From Octopus bimaculoides (taxonomy: Eukaryota): a stretch of 57,899 bases of DNA. Shown here in pieces: positions 1 to 11,339 of the stretch (positions are counted from its first letter, which is position 1; every line of letters starts with the position of its first letter). The translations under genes were made by a program, and so were the position numbers. The stretch is taken from the NCBI RefSeq assembly GCF_001194135.2, contig NC_068982.1:153898078-153955976 (forward strand), read 5' to 3'. Below the pieces are notes generated by a model. It saw only the letters and a list, made by a program, of their open reading frames with translations. It did not search any database and was not told the DNA's origin.

Positions 1-79
1 TATACATATATATATACATACATATATATAAACTCATATATATACGTATACTCAGATATATATATATATATATACACAC

Positions 80-124
<45 letters not shown>

Positions 125-274
125 TAAATACGTGCTTAGAAGTGTGCCTGTGCTTATGTGCGCACAGACAATGTGATTGTATATATTTTTATGTATGTGC
201 AATGGCCTTTGTTGCAAAGACAGAGAGAGAAAGAAGAGATGTGATTGTATGTGTATAAGAATCTGGGTTGTGAA

Positions 275-372
<98 letters not shown>

Positions 373-597
373 GATATACACATTATAGCATATCACAAGC
401 ATATCTAACAGTAGCATATCACTAGCGTATCACAGACTGCGTAAGAGTTAGTTAATACTAGCAACAATAACAATAGCGACGGCAACAACCACAACAACAG
501 CAACAACAACAACAACAACAGCAACAACAACAGCAACAACAACAGCAACAACAACAGCAACAACAACAGCAACAACAACAGCAACAACAACAGCAAG
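1..597. repeat. Microsatellite cluster: (TA)n, (GT)n at ~277-370, (CAA/CAG)n at ~470-597
   Basis: Read directly; explains the HT/CV/poly-L/poly-C ORFs in the track. Confidence 0.97.
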
Positions 598-618
598 ATG
601 ATTTTAAAAGAGTAGAGA

Positions 619-1410
619 NNNNNNNNNNNNNNNNNNNNNNNNNNNNNNNNNNNNNNNNNNNNNNNNNNNNNNNNNNNNNNNNNNNNNNNNNNNNNNNNNN
701 NNNNNNNNNNNNNNNNNNNNNNNNNNNNNNNNNNNNNNNNNNNNNNNNNNNNNNNNNNNNNNNNNNNNNNNNNNNNNNNNNNNNNNNNNNNNNNNNNNNN
801 NNNNNNNNNNNNNNNNNNNNNNNNNNNNNNNNNNNNNNNNNNNNNNNNNNNNNNNNNNNNNNNNNNNNNNNNNNNNNNNNNNNNNNNNNNNNNNNNNNNN
901 NNNNNNNNNNNNNNNNNNNNNNNNNNNNNNNNNNNNNNNNNNNNNNNNNNNNNNNNNNNNNNNNNNNNNNNNNNNNNNNNNNNNNNNNNNNNNNNNNNNN
1001 NNNNNNNNNNNNNNNNNNNNNNNNNNNNNNNNNNNNNNNNNNNNNNNNNNNNNNNNNNNNNNNNNNNNNNNNNNNNNNNNNNNNNNNNNNNNNNNNNNNN
1101 NNNNNNNNNNNNNNNNNNNNNNNNNNNNNNNNNNNNNNNNNNNNNNNNNNNNNNNNNNNNNNNNNNNNNNNNNNNNNNNNNNNNNNNNNNNNNNNNNNNN
1201 NNNNNNNNNNNNNNNNNNNNNNNNNNNNNNNNNNNNNNNNNNNNNNNNNNNNNNNNNNNNNNNNNNNNNNNNNNNNNNNNNNNNNNNNNNNNNNNNNNNN
1301 NNNNNNNNNNNNNNNNNNNNNNNNNNNNNNNNNNNNNNNNNNNNNNNNNNNNNNNNNNNNNNNNNNNNNNNNNNNNNNNNNNNNNNNNNNNNNNNNNNNN
1401 NNNNNNNNNN
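619..1410. other. Assembly gap (others at 30891-30980, 35140-35228, 38343-38624)
   Basis: Runs of N, mostly flanked by microsatellites. Confidence 1.
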
Positions 1411-1497
1411 TATATATATATATATATATACATATACAATCATTCATACATATATGTATACATATATATACATATATACATATGTATGTATATACAC

Positions 1498-1550
<53 letters not shown>

Positions 1551-1630
1551 TGTGTGTGTGTGTGTGTACATATATATATATATATACACGCACATACACA
1601 CACTAAAACACACACACACACATACACACA
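1411..1630. repeat. Compound (TA)/(TG)/(CA) microsatellite
   Basis: Read directly. Confidence 0.95.
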
Positions 1631-2195
1631 TAAAGCACTTTTATAATCACATAGGCATGAACACATGAACAGCGAATAAAATTTGTCCATCTGACACTCA
1701 TGTTAACTGCGGAACCGATATAGTTTGAACGGAAGCCACCTACCTATTATTGTCAATAGTTTAGTGTCAGCAGCATCGTCGTCGTCGTTGATGCTGTCGC
1801 TATCGTCGTCGCCGCCACTGTCACCATCACCGTCATCATTACCACCATCCCCATCGTCGTCTTTGTTGTTGTCGTCGCTGTGGTGGTCATCATTTATGTG
1901 GTCAGTATCATTATCATTATCATTGGTATCATCGTCTCTATCGTCTTTATTAATACCATCCCCATTTATAATCTCAGACATGCAGACATTTTTTTATTTT
2001 TTATAATCCTTATTTTCCAACATGAAGCTATTGCAGTTCTTGAAACTATACCACATGTTTGAGTCATCCTCCAAAAGAGGAACTTTCTGATCTTGCAATC
2101 GAGTTATCAGGCTCTAGTTTCTAACATCGGATATGTGGAAACAAGCTTTTAATCTTTCTTTCTCTCTCCTACTCTCTCTCCCTTATCTCTCTCTC

Positions 2196-2252
<57 letters not shown>

Positions 2253-2628
2253 GACACACACACACACACCCTCTCTCTTCCTTTCATCGCTCTGTAGTTG
2301 CATGGCTTTAAAAGAGCAGGGAATAATGGAGACCTTCTCACCCATGTTACTCATCAGTCAACTATTCATGAATTTAAGTTACAACTTAAACACTTTTATA
2401 AGCCTTGCTCCTAAACCTTCAACTCTAGAATATCTTTTTCATTGACACAGACGTCTACCAAATGTTGTTGTGGCTAAACATTTTCAACATAGAACTCACC
2501 AAACTACGAAGTTTTAAAACGGTTATGACTAGTCTACATCTTGCTCTTGTTTGGTTGCTCTTGAGAGAATTTTATTTTCACGCTGACCAAACACCAGTGC
2601 TTTTAGCGTAGCATAATTTCATGAAAAG

Positions 2629-3300
2629 CTACCAACCACATTTCAAGAGACCTTTGTAAAGTTTCCTCCCACAAACAGAAGTATTTCCCATAGCACCAGC
2701 AGACAAAATGGAAAAGGAGTTGCCCCGGAGAATAGTGAGGGAAATGTGCTGGAACTGCCACTCTGATTCATGGGCTCCGCACTTGCGGACAACCGTCTCC
2801 GCCCCGATCGTAGTGAGCAGATATGGTCCGGTGGGGCTAAGAACGCCAGAGGTCTCAACTACCACAGGCTTGGCCATAAAACTTTCGAAGAGCGACCGAT
2901 ACCTTAACAGTTTTTTTTTTTTTTTTTGGAGGGGTGCTTATTTGTTGGGTTTTTTTCTTTTTTCTCAGCCTGACAAGCAGCGGAGCCTGGGCTGGTAGCT
3001 AACAACACCAAGTTGCCGCTGGAGATGTTACAGCATGTGGCTTCTCAGATGAGGGGCCTACCGTCACGGAACGGGAAAATTGTCATACCATCTGGCCTTC
3101 TAACGTCCCCTCGATCGAGCCCCGCTGGCTCGAGCTGGCAAGGGAAGTCTGCGACGTGTAGGCCATGCTTTCTGATCTTGTTAAAGGCGGCATGACGTGG
3201 AAGGCGGCTAGCACTATGGCAGCATGACAGTGAGATTCCACTTCTACGATATCTTCTCACAGTTTCTAGACTTCTGTTGATTTAACTGGTCATTGGATTG
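2629..3300 (-). mobile_element. 5'-truncated CRE-like non-LTR retrotransposon, C-terminal zinc-finger remnant and restriction-like endonuclease (RLE), decayed
   Basis: Minus-strand pieces [61 protein letters not shown] / RYRSLFESFMAKPVVVETSGVLSP..QHISLTILRGNSFSIL match the CRE-type RLE pattern (RH..EPxGL.R.DG.RPDG..WDAT..KY..P.AVETxG..QRxSxAIxRGN); one stop and an A-rich insertion at ~2910-2960. Confidence 0.85.
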
Positions 3301-3498
3301 GTGGCATACTGAGTGTATTATATTCAACTGATTATATTGACCGCAGTACTTTGGCTGACATTTATTTTCTCAATCACGCAATGGATAAAACATTGTTTGA
3401 CATTATCGCAAAGGGACATGCCTAGGACCGAACTAAATACTAGGATGTACTTTTGTTTTATCCAACGATTTTATTCATCCCATGCCGCTGTTTACACA

Positions 3499-3531
<33 letters not shown>

Positions 3532-3926
3532 GCATATATACATGCAAACACACACATACTCACACATACACACACGCACTTCAATGATGTCAGCCCTGCC
3601 TGTCGTGAATCCCTTATTCCGTCAGACATAGTTGACAGTATCTGGTACTGTTTACTGTCCTGGGTTACAAATCTGCAACTACGATTAAATAACCTCACTG
3701 CTTCGTGAGAAAAAGGCAAGGGTGTAAACGGTATGCTAAACATGGACTGGAGTCCTTAAGGAGAACTAATTTTTGACCCGATACAGTCTCGGCAAATATC
3801 GCAGCCAAACTGATACTAAATGCTTTCATTCTAAGAAGGGCTCTTATTGACAATCGTGTAAAACTCCATTATACATACACACATATACATATATTGGTGA
3901 ACGTGTGTGTATAGAATGTATGTTAA

Positions 3927-4303
3927 TGGCACTCTGTCGCTTACGACGTCGAAGGTTCCAGTTGATCCGATCAACGGAACAACTTGCTCGTGAAATTAAC
4001 GTACAAGTGGCTGAGCACTCCACAGACACGTGTACCCTTAACGTAGTTCTCGGGGATATTCAGCGTGACACGGTGTGACAAGGCTGGCCCTTTGAATTAC
4101 AGGCACAACAGAAACAGGAAGTAAGAGTGAGAGAAAGTTGTAGTGAAAGAGTACAGCAGGATTCGCGACCATCCCCTGCCGGACCCCCGTGGAGCTTTAG
4201 GGGTTTTCGCTCAATAAACACTCACAACGCCCGGTCTGGGAATCGAAACTGCGATCCTATGAACGCGAGTCCGCTGCCCTAACCACCAGACCGTTGCGCC
4301 TCC
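3927..4303 (-). mobile_element. tRNA-derived SINE, family B (full length)
   Basis: Minus-strand head GGAGGCGCAACGG..TGGTTAGGGCAGCGGACTCGCG..TTCGATTCCCAGACCGG has A/B-box-like motifs; body nearly identical to copies at 38625-38920 and 53359-53704. Confidence 0.9.
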
Positions 4304-4344
4304 ACAGTATGTATGTATGTATGTATGTATGTACACATATACAT

Positions 4345-4419
<75 letters not shown>

Positions 4420-4729
4420 TGTACATATTTATTTATTTATGTGTTTCAGCCAAGTGGCTGCGGTCATGCTGGTGCACCATACACATACATATCTCTATAC
4501 AAATGCATTCAATGAGCTTCCACAGCTTTTCTGTACATAAGTCTGCCTCACAAGACTTTGGTAGAAGACCCTAGGCCAAAGTGATGTGCAGTGAAATCTA
4601 ACCCGGGACCACGTATTGCGAAAAGAATTTCTGTACTACAAATTCCCGCTGGCTTAGTACACGTTTAATGTAGATATTTTGAGGATGACTCCTTTTCTAT
4701 TAGCATACAAATTGAAAACAATATTATTT

Positions 4730-4872
<143 letters not shown>

Positions 4873-5085
4873 CCAGTTGGCAGAACCGTTAGCATACCGG
4901 GCGAAAATGTTTCGCGGCCTTTCTTTGGGTTCTTTACGCCCTGAGCTAAATACCGCCTAAGTCGACTTTAACTTTCATCCTTTCAGGGTCGATGAAATTA
5001 GTACCAATTGAGCACAGAGATTAGTGTAATACATTAGTCCCTATCCCAAAATTTCAAGCCTTGTACCTATAGCAGAAAAAATTAT
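4873..5085 (+). mobile_element. tRNA-derived SINE, family A (diverged), with (ATT)n tail
   Basis: TGGCAGAACCGTTAGCA..GTCGACTTT..CATCCTTTC.GGGTCGAT..CCTTGT.CC; same family as 6814, 7061, 17161, 33705, 57400. Confidence 0.85.
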
Positions 5086-5545
5086 TATGATCGTTATTTA
5101 CTTTTAATCTGCATGTTTGTCACAGTCACTTACCGAAACAATGGCGAGTGAAGGATAAGAGTCCCAAGGCGAGTGAAGGATAAGAGTCCCAGGGCGAGTG
5201 AAGGATAAGAGTCCCAGGGCGAGTGAAGGATAAGAGTCCCAGGGCGAGTGAAGGATAAGAGTCCCAGGGCGAGTGAAGGATAAGAGATGTTGCAGTATGA
5301 CTGAAAGTTTGGGGAGGGAAAGTGGCAAGGGCAGTAGCGAAATATCTTGTAATAAAACACATACATTTAAACTGATAGGGTTTCTCTAAGGATGAGGGCA
5401 GCACTTGTCAGGACAATCTTTTGGATTTCTCAGAGACATGGTTCTCCTGAGTTGTTGTCTAGATGTTTCTGACATCCCGTTTTTATCATACCAAGGGCAC
5501 CTACAATAATAGGAACAGTTCTTGCCCTAAGATGCCACGCCTGTA
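5086..5545 (-). mobile_element. 5'-truncated R4/Dong-clade non-LTR retrotransposon (RLE C-terminus plus 3' UTR) inserted in the (ATT)n SINE tail
   Basis: Minus strand reads AWHLRARTVPIIVGALGMIKTGCQKHLDNNSGEPCL*EIQKIVLTSAALILRETLSV*, the typical R4/Dong end (P.I.GALG..QK..L....ILR); (ATT)n on both sides (~5083-5090 and 5554-5571). Confidence 0.8.
5143..5286. repeat. Tandem 25-bp minisatellite GGCGAGTGAAGGATAAGAGTCCCAG, ~5.8 copies
   Basis: Units start at 5143, 5168, 5193, 5218, 5243, 5268; no spacers; one substitution in the first unit. Confidence 0.97.
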
Positions 5546-6813
5546 GTAGAATGGATTATTATTATTATTATTCAGTAGTCTTATTTTTATTATATGCATT
5601 CGCTGCACCACCAATTGCAGTTCTGTATATCTTGGGGATGTGCCGTGGTTTGTTTTGGAGTTATTTTTACTGTATTCAAAGTGCTCTACACGTAAGATTT
5701 GTGCGGTACCTAGCAGTGCTATTTTCTGTACGCTATATATATATATATTTCTTATATATTTCTAAGTGTTATGTACTTGTGTGTGTCTGTCTGTGTGTGC
5801 GTCTGTGTGTGTGTGTGTGTGTGTGTGCGTATGTGTGCGCGCGCGTGTGTATGTGTGTGCGTGCATGCGTGTGTGTGTGTGTTTTTTTTACCATACCTAA
5901 AGCATCTATTACAGGATAATTTCTGTCTTCAGATTCCACGTTCCGGTTATCTTTATTTCCAGATCTTTGTATTTTGAGTTTCTCCATTTTTTTAGAGATA
6001 CATTGTTATCTGTTGGATTGTTGCTTGTTTTTGTTGTTGCCGCTGCTGTTGTTGTTGTCGTTGTTCGTTGTTGAAATTGTTGTTGTTTTCTGCTATTCAT
6101 CAATGCTGGAACGATATGCGACTTCCAATTTTCATTTTCTTAAAACTCTTTTGCAGAATATTCAATAATTTAGTAGGTTCTTTCATTGCTGTTCTTGTCG
6201 TTGTTGTGGTTTAGCCCCGGGCACAGCCAAAGATCAGACTCACTGCATTGTATTTTTTAATTAATTTTAATTAATTTAATTTCAGGTAATGTCTCCTTTG
6301 TCTTTTTTGACCAAAATTAGTCATAAAGATAATTATTTTTCTCGTCCCTTATGGTGTAAATTTAATTAATTAAAATTTCTTAGGTCACTACATTAATTAT
6401 GTTAACGCCCAGTTTACTATAAGTGGAGTTCGTAGTTTAGATATTGCTGGATATCAATACGTTTGCGATTTCTAGATTTGGCATACATATTTTCAAATAA
6501 GGTAGTGTCTCCTGGAAAACAAATGCCCTAAAGTCTGAAGCAATTACAGGAAAATGGGACATGAAGATAGAAGCTAGTATATTATATTTATAATGTGTTG
6601 TTCGTATTGTTTTTCATTTGCGATGTAGCACCTGCGCTTTGAGTATAAATCAAAGAAACGTTGCTTCTTTTCTCATATGGCAAGTGAAAAAATACAATGT
6701 TGAATATTGTTCCTTGTGTTTCTCCAGAAAGAAAATATATCTAGACTTTCATTCATAAGCTACAAACAAAATATGAATAGACAAATCGTTACCAATATTT
6801 TCATGATATAAAA

Positions 6814-6970
6814 CAGCGAGCAGGCAGAATCGTTAGCCCACCGAGCATTTCGTCTGTCTTTACGTTCTGAGTTCAAATTCCGCCGAGGTTGACTTTGCCT
6901 GTCATCCTTTTGGGGTCGATAAAAAGAATAGCAGTTGAGCACTGAGATTGACTTATCCCTGGCCCAAAAT
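6814..6970 (+). mobile_element. SINE family A copy
   Basis: GGCAGAATCGTTAGC..GTTCTGAGTTCAAATTCCGCCGAGGTTGACTTTGCC..CATCCTTTTGGGGTCGATAAAA. Confidence 0.9.
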
Positions 6971-7060
6971 TATAGGATAATTTCTGTCTTCAGGTTCCAC
7001 GTTCCTGTTATATTTATTTCCAGATCTTTCTATCTGTCTATCCAGTGCAGAAATTACAAA

Positions 7061-7268
7061 GGCGGAGAGTTGGCAGAATCGTTAGCACGCCGGGCAAGAT
7101 TCTTATCAGCATTTTGTCCATCTCTGCGTTCTGGGTTCAAATTCCGCCAAGGTTGATTTTGCTTTTCATCCTTTCGGAGTCGATAAAATAAACACTTTGA
7201 ACTCGATTTAGTCAACTTGGCGCCTCCCACAGAAAATTGCCGGCCTTGTGCCAAACTTTGAAACCAAT
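7061..7268 (+). mobile_element. SINE family A copy
   Basis: GGCGGAGAGTTGGCAGAATCGTTAGCACGCCGGGC..GGGTTCAAATTCCGCC..GGCCTTGTGCCAAA. Confidence 0.9.
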
Positions 7269-8233
7269 ATATAGGAATTACAAATAGTTTCCTGTCATGC
7301 ATTAAGACATACAGGTGTTGTGAGGGAAACGACACTTATAGATGCTTTTCATTAAGCTAGGTAATTTCCCTTCTTGACAACATTTAAAAAGAGAATTAAA
7401 ATGAGTACAGTGTTTTGTAAAAGTTTCTAACATTAAACTTAGTTCGGGAAAAAACGTGCGTGAGGTTCTAAAACATTATGTTGTACTGAAATATATGTCC
7501 TATGTGTGTATATGTGCGTGCGTGCATAATTGTGTTCAGATAAGTGATATTTTGTAAAGAAATTTTGATCTTATATTCAGAGGAAACAATGCCATAATGG
7601 ATCTGAAATGTGCAACTTAAATACAACTGGGAAGAGGCCAATAATGAATCAACATTTTCCGGTAATTTTCTAGGCACAAGATCTCAGATTTTTCTTTTTC
7701 ATTTTTATTTATTTTAGATACAAAATGTTGCCACCACATGAAGAACTTCAAAGTTTTTTTCCTCTAAGAACATAATTTATCATTGACAGTTCGTTCTGGG
7801 ATTGATTGTTTTTTTTTTGGGGGGGGGGTCTGATAAATGAAATCAGAGATGTATGTAATTTTAGGATCTGCTCCCTGATACATAATACACTGAGTTCCCC
7901 TTTAGCTTTTGCAGAATCTTACCACGGCAAAAGATGTTAATGGAAAATATATAACGTGTGGTTTTGGCGAGAGCTTTTTCTTAAGTTTTTAATAGAATCG
8001 TTGGAAAACTACAAGAAATTGTAACTAATTTCAGTCTCATTTTATTCACACTAGTGCTGATTCCATTTAATTGTCTATGACATTCGTATTTTATTTTAAC
8101 AATGATTGTTGTTGTAACTGTTTAGTTCCCGTTTGACACTAATTGAGCATAAGTATGATCAAAGCATACTTACGTTTCAACCGTAACCATCCTGTCTTAT
8201 CTAGAGTATTTATTGTTACATTACTTAGTGTAT

Positions 8234-8264
<31 letters not shown>

Positions 8265-8434
8265 AAGAAAGGTAGTGTGTGGTTGAGATAAATTAAGTTG
8301 CTGTTTCTATCAATTCGAACTACTTCATCGATAACACACTGCTTCATTTTATTTATTATACGCCAGTTCTAATCCAGTAGACTTATAATAAAAAATGCTC
8401 CGGCCATGGCCATCCCTTTCTGTATTTATAGATA

Positions 8435-8750
8435 GTGTGCCTACAGCTACATTATTAGCGGTTAGTGTATTTGGTTCATGATCATAAAGACGTGAGTTCG
8501 ATTCCTTGCTGCGCGCTGTAGTAAGACACTTTATTTCACATTGCTTCAGTCCACTCATCTGGTAAAAATAAGTACTAGTTGTATTTCAAAAGGCCAGCCT
8601 TGTTACAATCGATGTGTCACGCTGAGTCGCCCTGAGAACTACGTTAAGAGTACGCGTATCTGTGGAGTACTCAACCATTTGTATATTGATTTCACGATCA
8701 GGTTTATCGGATCAACCGGAAGCCTCGTCGTCGTAACCGACGGTGTGCCA
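8435..8750 (+). mobile_element. Older SINE sharing the family B body and 3' end
   Basis: B-box-like GAGTTCGATTCC; GGCCAGCCTTGT..CCTGAGAACTACGTTAAG..CTCGTCGTCGTAACCGACGG.GTGCCA matches the family B 3' half. Confidence 0.75.
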
Positions 8751-9415
8751 GATTTTCAATGTAATTTTAGACACAGTCTTTTGTTAAGGACGACAGAGTT
8801 TGAGCTGAAGGAGTGTTTACTGCTAATTCTAGCTGGTTGATTAACGACTTAAACACACCTTGTTATTAATGATAGTAGAGACAGGAGTGTTTGTGAGGTC
8901 ATCGATGCAACAATGAAATATAAGTTGCTGATGACTTTATGGAATTACTCTCTTCGTGTGTGTTTGCATCTGAGCGAATTTCTTAATATACATATATATA
9001 AGGATGCTTGAAGATGCATAAATAAGAAATATAGCTACGTAAATGGCCTAAAGTATATTATATTGATTGTAAAAGAGTAGTGGTGAAAGGGAATAATGGT
9101 TTAATTAAACTGAAACATTTGAGTGGTAAGTTGATGACTAACACGGTGTGGTTGAAAGATGATTCTAATGGATTTAAGTACAGATAATAATATATGGAGA
9201 TTATTTATTATATTTGAAAATATGTCTTAAATGCATGACTGTTGTGTAAGTGTATGTATGTGTACAGGTGTGGGCGGTGAAACGCTGACTGTCATAAGTG
9301 AACGTTTCTATTGTGATTTAGATTATTATGGCGAGGCAAGTTGCCTTTGATACTTGGCGAAGAAGTAGGGTCTCCCAAGACATATAAATAGAGGTAGTCT
9401 GACCGTGGTAGGAGT

Positions 9416-11334
9416 GTTGAGCAGCAGGTTTTTTTTTTGGAATTTGAGTTGTCGATGACGTAGAGTTTTTTATGTGAGTTGCAAAGTTGAGTATTTTTGT
9501 TGTAAAATTGAGTGTTAATTATTGCTCTTAATTGTTGTTATTGTTCGTGTTTTTGTGTCTTCCCGTTGTGGAAAATGGAGAAAGCACCGGTAGGTGGCCA
9601 GAGTTATGCGGCCGCGACTGGAAAAGGAACAGAGGAAGGAAAGCTGGAAATAATCGAAATTAAGGTTGATCCGAAGAAGATGAAGGAATGTGAGAAGTTG
9701 CTGGCGAGGGTCGGAAACACGCTGACGTTGACACCGCCTGTGGAACTGATAGAAGGTGTAAGAAAGAGAACTGTGGTTTTTAAAACCATGAAGGTGGCAA
9801 CTAGAAGGATAGAGCTCGCGACAGTTGAGGAGATCGTGGAGTGCCTGAAAGGTATCAGAAAGCAAACAACCTTTGTAACTAGAGGAAAAAAATATGCCAC
9901 CGTGGAGGTACGATTTGCAACAGAAATAGAAGCAATTAAGAACTTTACGGAAGCTATACGATCGGAGGAATGGGTGCTGTGGCCGTCGTACTGTGGTAAA
10001 CGTGTGGCCAGAGTGCGAATAGGAAAACTACCCCCAGAACTAGATGAAGGATGGCTCATGACAGCAATAAAGTACATCATGAAGGAAGAGGCCAACATAT
10101 TGAAGGCCACAAGAACACAGAGTGTGGATTATTGGGGATATGGGATCGAACTCACTATCCAGGCAACAGTGGAAGACCTAAATAGAATTGTTGAGGAGAT
10201 AGCGCTACCCGACGACCAAATATTAAGAGTGAAAGTGGAGGGCAGACTGCCTACATGTTTTGCATGTGGCGAGAAAGGCCACATGAGGGCGAGATGCCCG
10301 CATAGAGAACCAACAGGAAAACAGGAAGACACGAACCAGGAAATAGAGACAGAGACAGAAGAAAACACAGCGGAGGAGGGATTCACGGTAGTGGAAAGAA
10401 AACGAAGGAGGAGTGGAAGAACAAACTCACCACCAGAGAAACAGAAAAAGAAGAAAGAAGAAATGGAAAAGGAAGCTGTAACCAGAGGGAAGGCAGATGA
10501 AGAGGTGACGGAGAAAGAGAGAAGGCAACTACTAAGCAGGTGGATTTACAAGAGGAGGGAACAGCTATAATGACGCAGGTTTCCCCAGCGAAGGAAGAGG
10601 ATTCGAGAGTTGAAACATCTGACGATGAATGGGATAAATGGTATGGAGTTCGAGAAGGAAATACATCAGTAACAGGAGAAGAAAAGAAAAAACCAAGAAG
10701 ATGGAAAAACAAGTGGAATTTTGTAACTTACTCAAAAAATAAGGAGACAGAGAAGAAGATTCTTAAATTCAAGCACATTATAAGAATTCAGTTACCAACA
10801 GATGTCTATTCTGAAAATGTGAAGGCCATTGTGGTCGATAGGGACACGTACGAAAAACTAAAAGACATGTGCGGAGATAAAATTGATCCGCCCGGAGTAG
10901 CGGTGATGTTCGACGAGCTGCCACCATTGATCGAACTCAGGGACTTGGAGCCGTTTATGAGGTATTAAAAAAAAATTTTTAATCTGAAAAAAAAAAGAAC
11001 AAAAAAGAAGGAAAAAAAGTGTTTTATGTTATAAATATATTTTTTTTTTTTTTTAAAGAGAGAAAAAACAGATAATTAAGAAAAACACATAGAAAAGTGA
11101 ACGATAGTAAATAGTTTATATAAACGATTCAAATGGTACTGCATGGTTATGGGGCCCATGCAGCCATTTCATTTCTTCATTATATAACATCTCATTGTCA
11201 TTCGTTTTATGTTTTGTGTCCCCATTGTGGTGTTGTGTCTGTCCTTGTAGTGTCCCCCTCTGTGGTATGACCGTAGTGCCAAATAAAGAAAACGTTGAGT
11301 AGCGGTTGAGTAGCAGTTGTGTAGCGGTTGAGTA
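9416..11334 (+). mobile_element. Non-autonomous ORF1-only non-LTR element (Tx1/L1-type ORF1, HAL1-like organisation)
   Basis: T-rich 5' leader, ORF1, A-rich spacer, ~200-nt 3' UTR, AATAAA (11282-11287) and an 11-bp tandem tail; GTTGAG(C/T)AGCAG at 9416-9427 and 11305-11316; no endonuclease or RT sequence between ORF1 and the tail. Confidence 0.65.
9575..10968 (+). pseudogene. Gag-like ORF1 protein of a Tx1/L1-type retrotransposon with CCHC zinc knuckle, one frameshift
   Basis: First ATG at 9575 (MEKAPVGGQSYAAA..); VKVEGRLPTCFACGEKGHMRARCP with CX2CX4HX4C at 10256-10297; K/E-rich tail; removing one AG from the GA run at ~10511-10523 joins ORF 9512-10570 to ORF 10540-10968 (..EKEKATTKQVDLQEE..), stop at 10966-10968. 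Confidence 0.85.
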
Positions 11335-11339
11335 AAGAT

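Noticed and set aside
154-1690. Long ORFs with HT/CV dipeptide runs, poly-L/C and X stretches
   Set aside because: Microsatellites read through N gaps; not proteins
1703-2006. Asp-rich (-) and Ser-rich (+) ORFs
   Set aside because: Degenerate (TCG/TCA/CAT)n low-complexity tract; no domain or convincing splice structure
2708-3195. Plus-strand ORFs (MEKELPRR.., MPLEML..)
   Set aside because: Antisense shadows of the CRE-like RLE coding sequence
4225-4303. tRNA-like sequences in SINE heads (also 17161, 53640-53704, 53758)
   Set aside because: A/B boxes run into SINE bodies and no complete cloverleaf is evident; not called as tRNA genes
5143-5286. CRISPR-like appearance of the 25-bp repeats (also the 16-bp repeats at 43895)
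   Set aside because: Head-to-tail units with no unique spacers, no cas genes, eukaryotic context
9512-9574. Cys-rich N-terminal extension MLIIALNCCYCSCFC of the 352-aa ORF
   Set aside because: Starts at a non-ATG codon in the T/G-rich 5' leader; the first ATG is 9575
10500-10570. Programmed ribosomal frameshift between the two ORF1 halves
   Set aside because: No slippery heptamer or downstream structure seen; a 2-nt slip in a GA run (mutation or sequencing error) is simpler
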